Assembly: GCF_009914755.1 (NCBI RefSeq)
Contig: NC_060932.1
DNA: 64,000 nt
Source: the human T2T-CHM13v2.0 reference genome, Homo sapiens
Direction: 5' to 3' (one strand)
Each line of letters opens with the position of its first letter. The first letter of the stretch is position 1. The translations under genes and the position numbers were made by a program. This document shows, one piece after another, positions 1 to 64,000 of this stretch. A model generated the notes under the pieces. The model did no database searches. It was not told where the DNA came from and saw only the letters and a program-made list of their open reading frames with translations.

Positions 1-52565
<52,565 letters not shown>

Positions 52566-52920
52566 TCATCACTGCACACCTGCTCAGTAGCCCCTCCGCT
52601 GCAACTGGACCGCCACCTCCACACTGGGTCGGGGTCTGGAGGGGCCTCAGGCCCAGCTAAGTGCTGCTGGACTCCCAAGCTGTGTTCTCCCAAGGATCCC
52701 CCAGATCAGCAAGGCCAAGGGCCCAGCTGGCTCTCAGACCCCCGATGGGGGGCAGAGTCTCCACCCGGCCCTCAGACCCCCGCTGGGGGCACAGCCTCCA
52801 GCTCAGTAACGTTTCTGAGGCCTCTTCCATGTTTCTACACGGAAACAAAAACCCTTAGAGGCACCAAGAGCCTCTCAGCAAAGATGCTGCCAGGAGGCGT
52901 TCCCATGGACCCATGCATCC

Positions 52921-53035
52921 GTCTCTTAACCCTGCGACAGGCCTGGTCCTCGCCATCACCGGGCTGGTGAGGTGTCTCGTTAGCCCTGCGACAGGCCTGG
53001 TCCTCGCCATCACCGGGCTGGTGAGGGGTCTCGTT
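52921..53035. repeat. 54-bp tandem duplication
   Basis: ccctgcgacaggcctggtcctcgccatcaccgggctggtgagg at 52930 and 52984. Confidence 0.9.
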
Positions 53036-55091
53036 TCCAGGGAAAATGCACTAATCCCAGGGGCTCAACAGAAGGGGAGGCAAGTGGTGAGGGCAGAAGG
53101 GCCAGCGGACACCAGGCCCAGACACGGGCTAGTGGGGGCTGCCTGCGGCTCCCCCAGGTCAAGGACAGAAAGAGCCCCCCTGGCGGCCGGCGCAGACTGG
53201 CTGCGGGGGCGACCTTCATCCCACGTCCCACCCTTTGAAACCAGGCCAGGGACACGGCGGCTCTGAAAACAGGCTGTGATGCGCACCACACCTGCTCGTA
53301 GGACACCAAGGATCCAGGCGGAGTCTGTCCCCGCCACCCCCAGAGGCCAGCTGGGGAAGCCGGGCCCTCACACAGTGGCGGCGGCCCCAGCAGCAGCCCT
53401 GGGGGTTCTGGGTCTGTTTCTTGCTGATGCAGATGAGCAGCTGAGAAACAGGCCTTGCCACCCAAGCCCTCCTTCAGGCCCTGGCCACTGGGCACTGTTT
53501 GCTCCTCTGTGTTTGGATGCCACAGGCAGAAGGCACCGAGGGACAGTCCACGTGGGGCCATGAGGTGGGCGTGCTCAGGGCCTTATGTGGGGAAGGAGCT
53601 GGCTCAGGGGTCTGGCTGCAGGAGGAGGATGAGGCGGGTGGGACTGGGCCTGAGTGCAGACACCACAGTGGTGCACTCAGAAGTCCAATGAAGGAGGGCC
53701 AGTGAGAGAAGGGGCACCCTGGGGATGGGCTGGTGGTGGAGGGCTGCAGGGGAAGGCAGATGAGAACTCCTGAGGCCCGCCTGTGGATGTTTCACCGTCA
53801 TCCCCGTGGGAAGGCGAGGTGGTGGGGGTCCTGTTGTTTTGCTCAGCTTGAGTACATCTGCCAACAACTCCCCCCAAACAAATGCCTCGGCTTGCTCGGC
53901 TCAGACCCTCCACAGGCCCCAGACTCTGAACTTCCACCTGCATGTCTCGCCACACCCTTGGCGTACACACCCACTCCACCGTCCACCGTCCAGCAAACCA
54001 CACGCAACAGGGGCCACTCCCGCTCTGGTCCGTGCTTTCCCTTCTCAGCCCGGGGTCTCGCCAGGCACCAATAGCTGCCCAGCCCCTCCCTCCCAGCCCA
54101 CAGTGGGTCCCCCAGTCGCTCCTGACGAACAAATCTAGGCAGCACCTTTCAGTCCCGAGGGAGCTGTGCCACTTTTGATACCACTGATCATGTTCTCTTC
54201 CTTTTATTTTTAAAGTTTTAACTTTTTGTTTTATAATTTCATATTTTCAAAAAGGTTAACAGCCTTCACCCAGATTCACCGCGTGTCACCTCCCTGAAAC
54301 CGCAACAGGAAGTGGCGCACGCATTGTGGGGTGAGCAGCTCAGGAGACAACTGCTCGGCACGTGGAGGCACAGACGGGGTCTGCCCACGGCCCGGGCGGG
54401 ACTGGGTGCCCACTAAGGTTCCCCACCGTAGCATCCTGTGCCGTCTCCCCAGCTACGAGGATCTCGTGGGGATCCCGTAAGGCCCCTGACATCCTGTTTC
54501 TCCTCCACTTTAACCCACGACTTTGAGCACCATGGATGCTTCCTGCCTGCGTGCTCCACTGAGCTGGCCAGCACACCGTCACCCTTGCTGGCTGGAATTC
54601 TATTCTGAGAGTCACACGATCAAGAATTTGTCATGTTGGCGGTGCTGTTGTGGGGGTGGCAGGTTACAGAGGTTTCTATTTTTCTGTATTTTCCAAGTGT
54701 TCCACAATATTCACAAGATTACTACTGTCATTGGAAAAAAAACCCACATATTATCTTCCTATAAAATGGTGCATATTCCATGTATGACATGCAATGAATC
54801 TTTCCAAGTGTCCAGTTTTAAAGTGTTAAGGATTTAGTGGGCAATGTTTCCCTGAAGCATCTGCACTCTTATATTGGCCTGTCCAGCACATCACTCAAGG
54901 GGATAAACGGTATCTCCCCGCAGGGGTGTTTTAATTCAAATGCAAACTTAATGACAAGGAAGGACTGTCACAGTTTATAATGAGATAAAGTTATATAGCT
55001 TTATTTTTAAAAGTGGCATATGTGTTTACATGTATATAGTTGTCTAGAAAATTACTGGAAGTCTAAAGCCAAATATTAAAAGAGATTAACT

Positions 55092-55715
<624 letters not shown>

Positions 55716-56242
55716 GAATAAATCGAGTTTCTGTAAGTGTGTCTGAGCTCCCAGCTGGCTTTGCTGATCCATCCATCTCTGTCTGCCTGAGCGGTGTCTT
55801 AGTTACGTGGCTTTGTAAAGTTGGTCCAAAGCCACACACTCCTCTCCCTCAGGCATGCTTCAGGCATATGTCAAAGCCATTCTTGACCCTTGGTTCTTCT
55901 CTGTGAAACTGAGAATCACCTCTTTGTTGGCTCTGCAAGGAGCCTGTGGATGGATTTAAGGAGAACCAGGCATCTCAGTGGAACTTTGGTCTCCACCCAG
56001 AGCCAAGGTGTCTCCCTCCACTCGTCCAGGTGTCTGAAGGGCTTAGACGCCCTCTCCCGATTGGCCCTGTGTCCCTCTCTGCTTTCACAGGACCATTAAG
56101 GGAAACCCCACAGCAGGGAGAACTGGGACCCCCCAGAAGCCTCTGCCGGTCCCAGCTCCAGATGCAATGGCAGACTCACTCTTCTTCCCAAGGGCCTCAC
56201 CTGTCTCCCTTCCTTCTCTCCATGGACATCCCAAATCACCAC

Positions 56243-56417
56243 AGAGAACCTGAGGGGCCAGCCAGGGGTTCCCAGCACCAGCTCACCGAGAACCTGGAGG
56301 GGCCAGCCAAGGGTTCCCAGCACCGGCTCACCGAGAACCTGGAGGGGCCAGCCAGGGGTACCCAGCACCGGCTCACCGAGAACCTGGAGGGGCCAGCCAA
56401 GGGTTCCCAGCACTGGC
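56243..56417. repeat. 45-bp minisatellite, about 3.8 copies
   Basis: gagaacctggaggggccagcca(a/g)gggt(t/a)cccagcaccggctcacc. Confidence 0.92.
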
Positions 56418-56697
56418 TTCCCCTCGTGCACTCTCTTGCCCTTAGCTCCAGGGCAACTCTCCCTGGAGACAACCCTTGGCCTCAGCCCATGATACAAAGT
56501 GTCAATGACTCCCATCGTTAGAAACACAGGGACACCAACATGGTGCACCTCGAACCCCCACAGCTCAGCACTCTAGGGAGAGAGGATTCAGGCTTGGCGG
56601 GGCCAGGACCTCCCGCCCATGGTGCCACGCGCTGCAGCCTGGGCCTCCCGAGGATGTCGCTGGTTGTGGCAGTCGGCTGTACACACCATGCTCTTAA

Positions 56698-57222
<525 letters not shown>

Positions 57223-57807
57223 TGATTCTCAGCCAGCAGTGGCCACAACAGGACTTCCTTCCATGACGTTTCTCACACTGCTGGAAGTGCAATCAGCTCA
57301 GCCCTCTGCCCAGAATCACTCCCGGCTCTGGGCTACACCTTGGTGACGGGCTCCTCTCTCCTCTGCCCCACAGGGTGTGCCGAGGACACCCCCAGTGTCT
57401 TCCAGTCTTATCCCTCCCATGGCCGCAGTGTGGGGGACAGTTCTCTCTCCAGGATGCCAGATCCCATGTGGCAGTCCCAGGCTCCCCTGAGCCATTAGTG
57501 ACAGCCTCAGGAGCAGCCTCGGAGTGTGACTCCTTCACAGACACTGGGCTTCAATCTGGGGCAGTGGCCAGAAAACTGGCTGATGCAGGTACCACACCCA
57601 CTTCCAGGCACCGGGTCCCATGCTGACACAGGGCTCAGAGCCTGCCCAGGGAAGGGGGCCTGGATGACAGCCCAGAAGCAGAAGTGTCCCCAGGATGGTT
57701 CCCACTGGCACTGGCTGGCCTGGGCTGCTGTCGGTCTGCTCTGCAGGACAGCAGCCATCAGCAACCCTACATGGCTGCACGCCCATCTCATACACCAGGA
57801 TGGGCAA

Positions 57808-58174
57808 TGATATGGTTTGGCTGTGTCCCCACCCAAATCTCCTCCTGAGTTGTAGTTCCCACAACCCCCAAGTGTAGTGGGAGGGAACAAGTGGAGGTAA
57901 CTGAATCATGGGGGTGGCCTCCCCCATCCTGTTCTCGTGATAGTGAGTTCTCATGAGATCTGATGGTTTTACAAGGGGCCTCCCCTTCCCTGGGCTCTCA
58001 TTCTTCTGTCTCCTGCCACCATGTGAAGAAGGACTTGTTTCATCCCCTTCCACCATGATTGTTCCCTGGGTGCCCGCAGCCATGCGGAACTGTAAGTCAA
58101 TTAAACCTCTTTTCTTTATAAGTTGTCCAGTCTCAGGCATGCCTTTAGTTGCAGCATGAGAACAGGCTAATACA
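57808..58174 (+). mobile_element. THE1/MSTA-type MaLR solo LTR
   Basis: tgatatggtttggctgtgtccccacccaaatctc...aattaaacctcttttctttata...ctaataca; near-perfect 5-bp TSD ggcaa/ggcat. Confidence 0.9.
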
Positions 58175-58458
58175 GGCATCAAATAAGAAGTGACAGCCAG
58201 GTAAGCACAAGGAAGAACCAACTCAAAACCAAGAGAAGGAAAGAGGCTACAGCAGCTCCTCAGGGGATCTGGGTTCGGAGCCAGAACGCGTGGAATGCAC
58301 ACTGCTGTGACTGGCATTCACGACAAGATGAGTTTCTACAGAGGAAGGAAAATGTAGAGGGTGTATAAAGAATTGAGTGGAAAATCTAAAATGTCAAAAT
58401 AAATCCCTGAAATTCACGTGTTATACAGGTTTAAGAAGAAACTAATGCTGAAGGATAG

Positions 58459-58914
<456 letters not shown>

Positions 58915-59339
58915 TGAAGGTGGAAGGCAGCACCCATCACCATCAGGGAAATGCAGAGCTCGAGACACCGAGGAAAACCAGCAAGGGTGATGGTCCCAGC
59001 CCCACGGGAACAGCTGGGGTAGACAGAGCCAGTGACGCTGCTGGCAGGGACACGGGTTGGCCATGTGTGCCAGGTGCCGGTTGACAGCACTGTGGGGACT
59101 CGTTGCCCTGGGCCTGCAGCTTAAGACCTGGCAGGAGTGAGGGCATACAGACCCAGCAAGACAGAGCAGGGCCGCCCCGAGGGCTCCTGAGCACGCATCC
59201 TGCGTGAGGGAACCAGGCAGGGGCCTGCAGGCTGTGCGCTGCATTGAGGCTCATGGAGGCACAAAACCAACGGTGATGCCAGAGGCTGACTGCCCGGTGG
59301 GGCACATCATGAGCCTGCACCTCCTCGAACACTTCTCTG

Positions 59340-60177
59340 CACACACGTATGTTAGCTAACATGTTTTCAGAGGAAGAGAAATGTGCCTCACCCTATGGGG
59401 AGGTGGCCCTAAGCCTCCCTCAGCAGCCAGGAAGAGCAGCCGTATGCAGCAGGGACAGAACTGTGGGGACCGCGGAGAGCGGCAGACTGGGTGCGGGAGG
59501 CGGGGCTCTCGCCAAGCCATCTGGAGAAACTCGGCCCAGGGCCCGAAGGGGAAGGTAAGACCCAGTAGGGCTGGGGACCCAGCTGGCCACCTGAAGCCCA
59601 CGGCCTGTCTCCGTCAAACCCAGCGAGGGTCAGACTCACAGCCGGAGGCAGCACGGCGGCACGGGGGAACACAGCAAAGCCTCAGCAGCCTCAGCTGGGC
59701 CACCATGGCCAACGTGGGCAGGACTCTTGTGCGTGCTCACCGCGCCGTGACATGAGAGCAGCACGCCGCCTCTGTGGTCCTCCTCCCAGTGAATCGTGGT
59801 GAAGATCAGGCACGTCCAGGCGAGGGGCGTGTCACGCAACGCCGGGCCCGCCCTCCTCCAGGCCGTGCAGGTCACCAAATGCCAGAAGAGGGTAAGTCCA
59901 CAGGAGCCCAGGGACATCAGGATCAATGTCACGTGGGACCCGGGGACAGAAAAAGGAAATCAGGTGCAAACCCAAGCGTCTGCATAAGGTGTGGATTCCG
60001 TTAGTAACAATTCCCGGCAGGGGCTCATCAACTGCAGAAAGGCACCGGCGGCATGACGGCGAGGGTATCGGTGGCCGGAGGACCCTGGTGCAGTGGACAC
60101 AGAGGCTCTGCGCTGCCTGTGCCATTTCCACGTAAATCTAAGATTGTTCTAAAATAAAAAGTTTGCTTAAAAAAAGT
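59340..60177 (+). mobile_element. Highly diverged L1MC-like 3' end
   Basis: ggggacagaaaaaggaaatcagg...gttagtaacaat...gtaaatctaagattgttctaaaataaaaagttt resembles L1MC 3' termini. Confidence 0.6.
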
Positions 60178-61222
60178 AAGTAGTCTCCATATTTTAAAAT
60201 GTTAATTTTATACTCTATAAATTATATAAGTAGCACAGTCGGCCTCATTTCGGAGCCAGCAGCTGCTCCTCCATGCAGGCGTGTCCCGGCAGGGCCTACC
60301 CTGGGGCAGGGAGTCATGGCCCAGAGGGGCTCAGGGGACAGGAGCGCCCAGAGCAGGGCAGCGGGAAGCCCCTCCTGGGAGGACGAACTCCTCTGACACT
60401 AACAGGGTGGAATGAAGTCCCCAGTTCCTCTTCCTGAGGACACCGACTTGGTGACCACGAGGCAGCTTTACCAAAACACAGGAGACCTCTCCAGCTCCCA
60501 AACGAGGCCCTCTGCCCTAGGGACTCCCGTGACCCCATAATCCAGGGACAACCAGGTTCCGGGAGGGGCTAGTGTGCAGGGCAGAGGGTGGCCCCCACAT
60601 GTGCTGGCAAACGCCGCCATCGTACTCAGGGACCTGAAGCTAGGTCCATCTCTGCAGCCTGTGGCAGAGACACCCAAGACGAGCTCGGAGGCCTCCCACG
60701 ACTCTGCCTCTGGTGTGAATCAGCAGCCCTGGGCACAGCCCAGGCGCCTGTGAGGTGGGGGCTCAGGCCAGGCCCCGCCTCCTCCAGAAGCCTTAGGACA
60801 AGGGCTGTGGGCTGAGGGGCACAGAGGGGCGTGAGGAACCTACAGAGGCTGAGATGCGTGGGAGCCCCGCCCACAAGAGGGAACAACACGTCACTGCTGC
60901 CTCGGGGCCCACGACGCCCTGACCCTGGTGCCAACTGCTAGCCCTCCATGCTCCCAGCTGACATTAGGCCAACAAGGGTCTCTCGCCTGTCATCCTGCAG
61001 AACACAAGGCCAGCTTGGTGGGCTCACCAGGGACACCACATGGCACGTGGGACAGAGGCCAGAGAAGCCTTCCCGACAGGGCCTGACAGAAGATGCCATC
61101 GACACTGCGGTTGGGGCAGGGCCATCTCCGGAAGATGCCATTGACACTGTGCTCGGGGCAGGGCCATCTCTGGTGACCTTGTATAGTGGCACTGACAGGT
61201 CACTTGTGTTTTCTGACCACTG

Positions 61223-61580
61223 GTGATGACAGTTTGGACGCTTGTCCCCAAACCTCACGTTGAGATGTGATCCCCAGTGTTGGAGGTGGGGCCTGGTGGG
61301 AGGTGCCTGGGTCGGGGCAGACCCCTCATGGCTCAGTGCCGTCTTCTCGACTGTGAGTGAGTTCTTGTGAGATCAGGTTGTTTAAAGTGTGTGGTGCCTC
61401 CCCTGCCCCGTGCTCCTGCTTTGCCATGATCAGAAGCTTCCTGAGGCCTCCCCAGAAGCTGAGCAGATGCTGGCGCCATGCTTCCTCCACAGCCTGCAGA
61501 ACCACCAGCCAATTAAACGTCTTTTCTTTATAAAATACCCAGCATCAGGTGTTTACAGCAATGTGAGAACGGCCTGACAC
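61223..61580 (+). mobile_element. MST-type MaLR solo LTR
   Basis: gtgatccccagtgttggaggtggggcctggtgggaggtg...cttcctgaggcctccccagaagctgagcagatgc...ccaattaaacgtcttttctttataaa. Confidence 0.85.
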
Positions 61581-62811
61581 GAGTGACTGCAAGGCCAGCC
61601 TGCAGAAGGCTGGGGGGGCAGCGGTCACCATGTGACATCTCAGTGTGCACTGAAGGGGTCTTTGTCAGCTCCAGAGACACCCCTACCCCCCCACAACCCA
61701 ACCTGCTGCCCTAGCCCTGCCTGGGAACAGAGCCAGCATGGAGACCCCAGCCAGGCCAGAGGCTTGTCTCCTCCTGGTCCCTGGCCATGAGCCTTGTCGA
61801 CCGCCCTGGGGTCCAGCCAGAGGGTGAGGTCGCCCTGAACCCCAGCCCTCACCCCTGCCCCGTCCAGGCCATTCTCCACGCTGAAGATGGAAGAAACTCC
61901 CAAAACTGGGACCTGGTCATTATACCCTTGACACCTTCCACAGCTGGCACTGACCCTGGAGTGGGGCAATTCCTGGCAAAGCCCCCATCCCCCTGGTCCA
62001 CTCCTCAGCCTGGCCGGTCTCTGTCACCTTTGCTTCCATGACCTCCTGGAGCCGGGTGGCTGCGCAGGCCTGGGGTGCAAGGCCAGAGGCTCACGGTCCC
62101 CCAGCAGGTGCCTTCCCTGTCCATACACCTCCTCTCCCCAGCCGGAGCCTGGACCCCAATGGACAGCTGCTCTGTGCTCCCGTGAGCACAGACCTGCAGG
62201 GGAGGGTGGCGCGTGTGAGGAGCACCTGCTGGGACATTGAAAAGGACAACGGCAGATGCAGCAGCCTCAGGGCACCCAAGGAAACCCCAAGAAGGCACCT
62301 GCAAGCAGACATCTGCAGGAAACTTGTCTTGAGGCCTGGGGGGACCAAAGGTAGCAGGGCCACCGTGAAGGGCCTGAGGCCTGGGCTGACCTGACCTAAT
62401 TCAGGTGAACGGACCCTGAAGAAGGACTTGTTTGCATCCCCTTCCACCATGATTGTTCCCTGGGCGCCCCAGCCATGCGGAACCTCCTGGCTGGTCCACA
62501 GGGAGCAGGATGAAGGCTCCGGGAGGCCAGTGGTGCTGGGGGACAGGGTGCGTGCCAGAAGAGAGGCGAGGGGTGGGGGAGCAGAGGCGAGGAAGGGCAA
62601 GGTTTTCGGCCTGAGCACCTGGAGGGCGGGGCTGTGTCAGGTCTGGGGTCAGAACTCAGGACGCACACCAAGGACAGGACCACATGGACGCAGGTCAAAC
62701 GCGGTGAGCAGTGAGGTGCCCTCGGCAACAGCACAGCCTCCCTGCCTGGAAGGAACAGGCCCCGTGTGCCAGGGCGGCTTCCCCTGGATGGCGGCGTCGC
62801 CTCGTCGCCTC

Positions 62812-62882
62812 GTGCCTGCGGGGAGTGCTGCCTGTGGGGAGTGGTGCCTGTGGGGAGTGGTGCCTGCAGGGAGTGGTGCCTG
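62812..62882. repeat. 16-bp G-rich tandem repeat, about 4.4 copies
   Basis: tgcctg(t/c)ggggagtgg. Confidence 0.85.
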
Positions 62883-63155
62883 ATCTCCTGTTCTCGCGTC
62901 ACTTCTGTTAGATTTTAGCAGAACAAAGTTGAGATACTCCCAAAATAGTTTTTCTGAGTACAGAGAAGCTCAGACAGCAGAGAATCGAACATTCTATGCC
63001 CTAAAAGAAGTAATACCAATTGTTATTTTTGTTTAAAATGCACTTTCAAATGAATGTAATGGGATAATTCTCTCAACAAAGAATAGCATTTTGTTCCCTT
63101 TTCAGTGCACTCCTGCGCGCGTGTGGGCAGAACACCAGCCTCCTAAGAACACTGT

Positions 63156-63648
63156 GGGCACCTCCTGGGGGACAGCATTGAGCCCAGACCCTCGGGAAAC
63201 CTGAGGGCACCTCCTGGGGGACAGCACTGAGCCCAGACCCTCGGGAAACCTGAGGGCACCTCCTGGGGGACAGCACTGAGCCCAGACCCTCGGGAAACCT
63301 GAGGGCACCTCCTGGGGGACAGCACTGAGCCCAGACCCTCGGGGAACCTGAGGGCACCTCCTGGGGGACAGCACTGAGCCCAGACCCTCGGGAAACCTGA
63401 GGGCACCTCCTGGGGGACAGCACTGAGCCCAGACCCTAGGAAACCTGAGGGCACCTCCTGGGGGACAGCACTGAGCCCAGACCCTAGGAAACCTGAGGGT
63501 ACCTCCTGGGGGACAGCACTGAGCCCAGACCCTCGGGAAACCTGAGGGCACCTCCTGGGGGACAGCACTGAGCCCAGACCCTCGGGAAACCTGAGGGCAC
63601 CTCCTGGGGGACAGCATTGAGCCCAGACCCTCGGGAAACCTGAGGGCA
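63156..63648. repeat. 49-bp VNTR, about 10 copies (two 48-bp variants)
   Basis: gggcacctcctgggggacagcactgagcccagaccctcgggaaacctga. Confidence 0.96.
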
Positions 63649-64000
63649 GACCACAGCATGGGGATGCTGGGCCTTGGGGAGCTGCTGCTCAGAGAAAGGC
63701 ACAGGCTTCAGACCACAGAGGGCGACCTGGCCTCAGGGGTCCCACAGACTGGCTGGAGCTGGACCTCAAGGACGGAGGCGTACAGCTGCTGGCCCCGCAG
63801 GCTGGCTCTGCACAGGGCGAGGTGGGGAGGACATTGTGTGGGCTGGGGAACTCGCGCCTCGGCCCTCCACCACAGAGGGTCAGCATCAACTCACAGATGC
63901 AATCTGAGGTGTGTTTGAGGAATATTCATTTGGCAACAGTATTTAAAATGAAGTGGGAAGAGAAATAAGCCATTTGGTGACAAAGGTGGAAGGATGCAAG

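Noticed and set aside
63073-63702. Repetitive minus-strand ORFs (CCPPGGALRFPEG...)
   Set aside because: Translations of the 49-bp VNTR.

Overview
This is GC-rich, Alu-dense primate (most likely human) genomic DNA, and the whole window lies inside one minus-strand gene, ARHGAP39 (Vilse/CrossGAP; WW-WW / MyTH4 / RhoGAP). The gene name comes from recognising the domain architecture and peptides, not from a database search. I traced ten coding exons by GT-AG boundaries with consistent phase: 52212-51781, 25994-25911, 18840-17478, 16161-15600, 8166-8074, 4555-4482, 3678-3479, 2749-2658, 1061-892 and 806-612 (stop TAG), 3265 coding nt in total. The ATG exon is not evident and is inferred to lie beyond position 64000. 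Introns hold many Alus, a 5'-truncated L1PA, old L1M fragments, a solo LTR13 nested in an Alu, two MaLR LTRs, two Tigger elements, a decayed hAT/Charlie transposase and four large VNTRs. I see no convincing new gene or new biological system. The most notable unexplained structures are: two long VNTRs that grew out of dead transposon coding sequence; an array of about nine 5' splice-site copies behind the WW exon, where any use hits an immediate stop; a pair of in-phase cryptic exon candidates; a 130-bp direct repeat bracketing a RhoGAP exon; and several templated micro-duplications.
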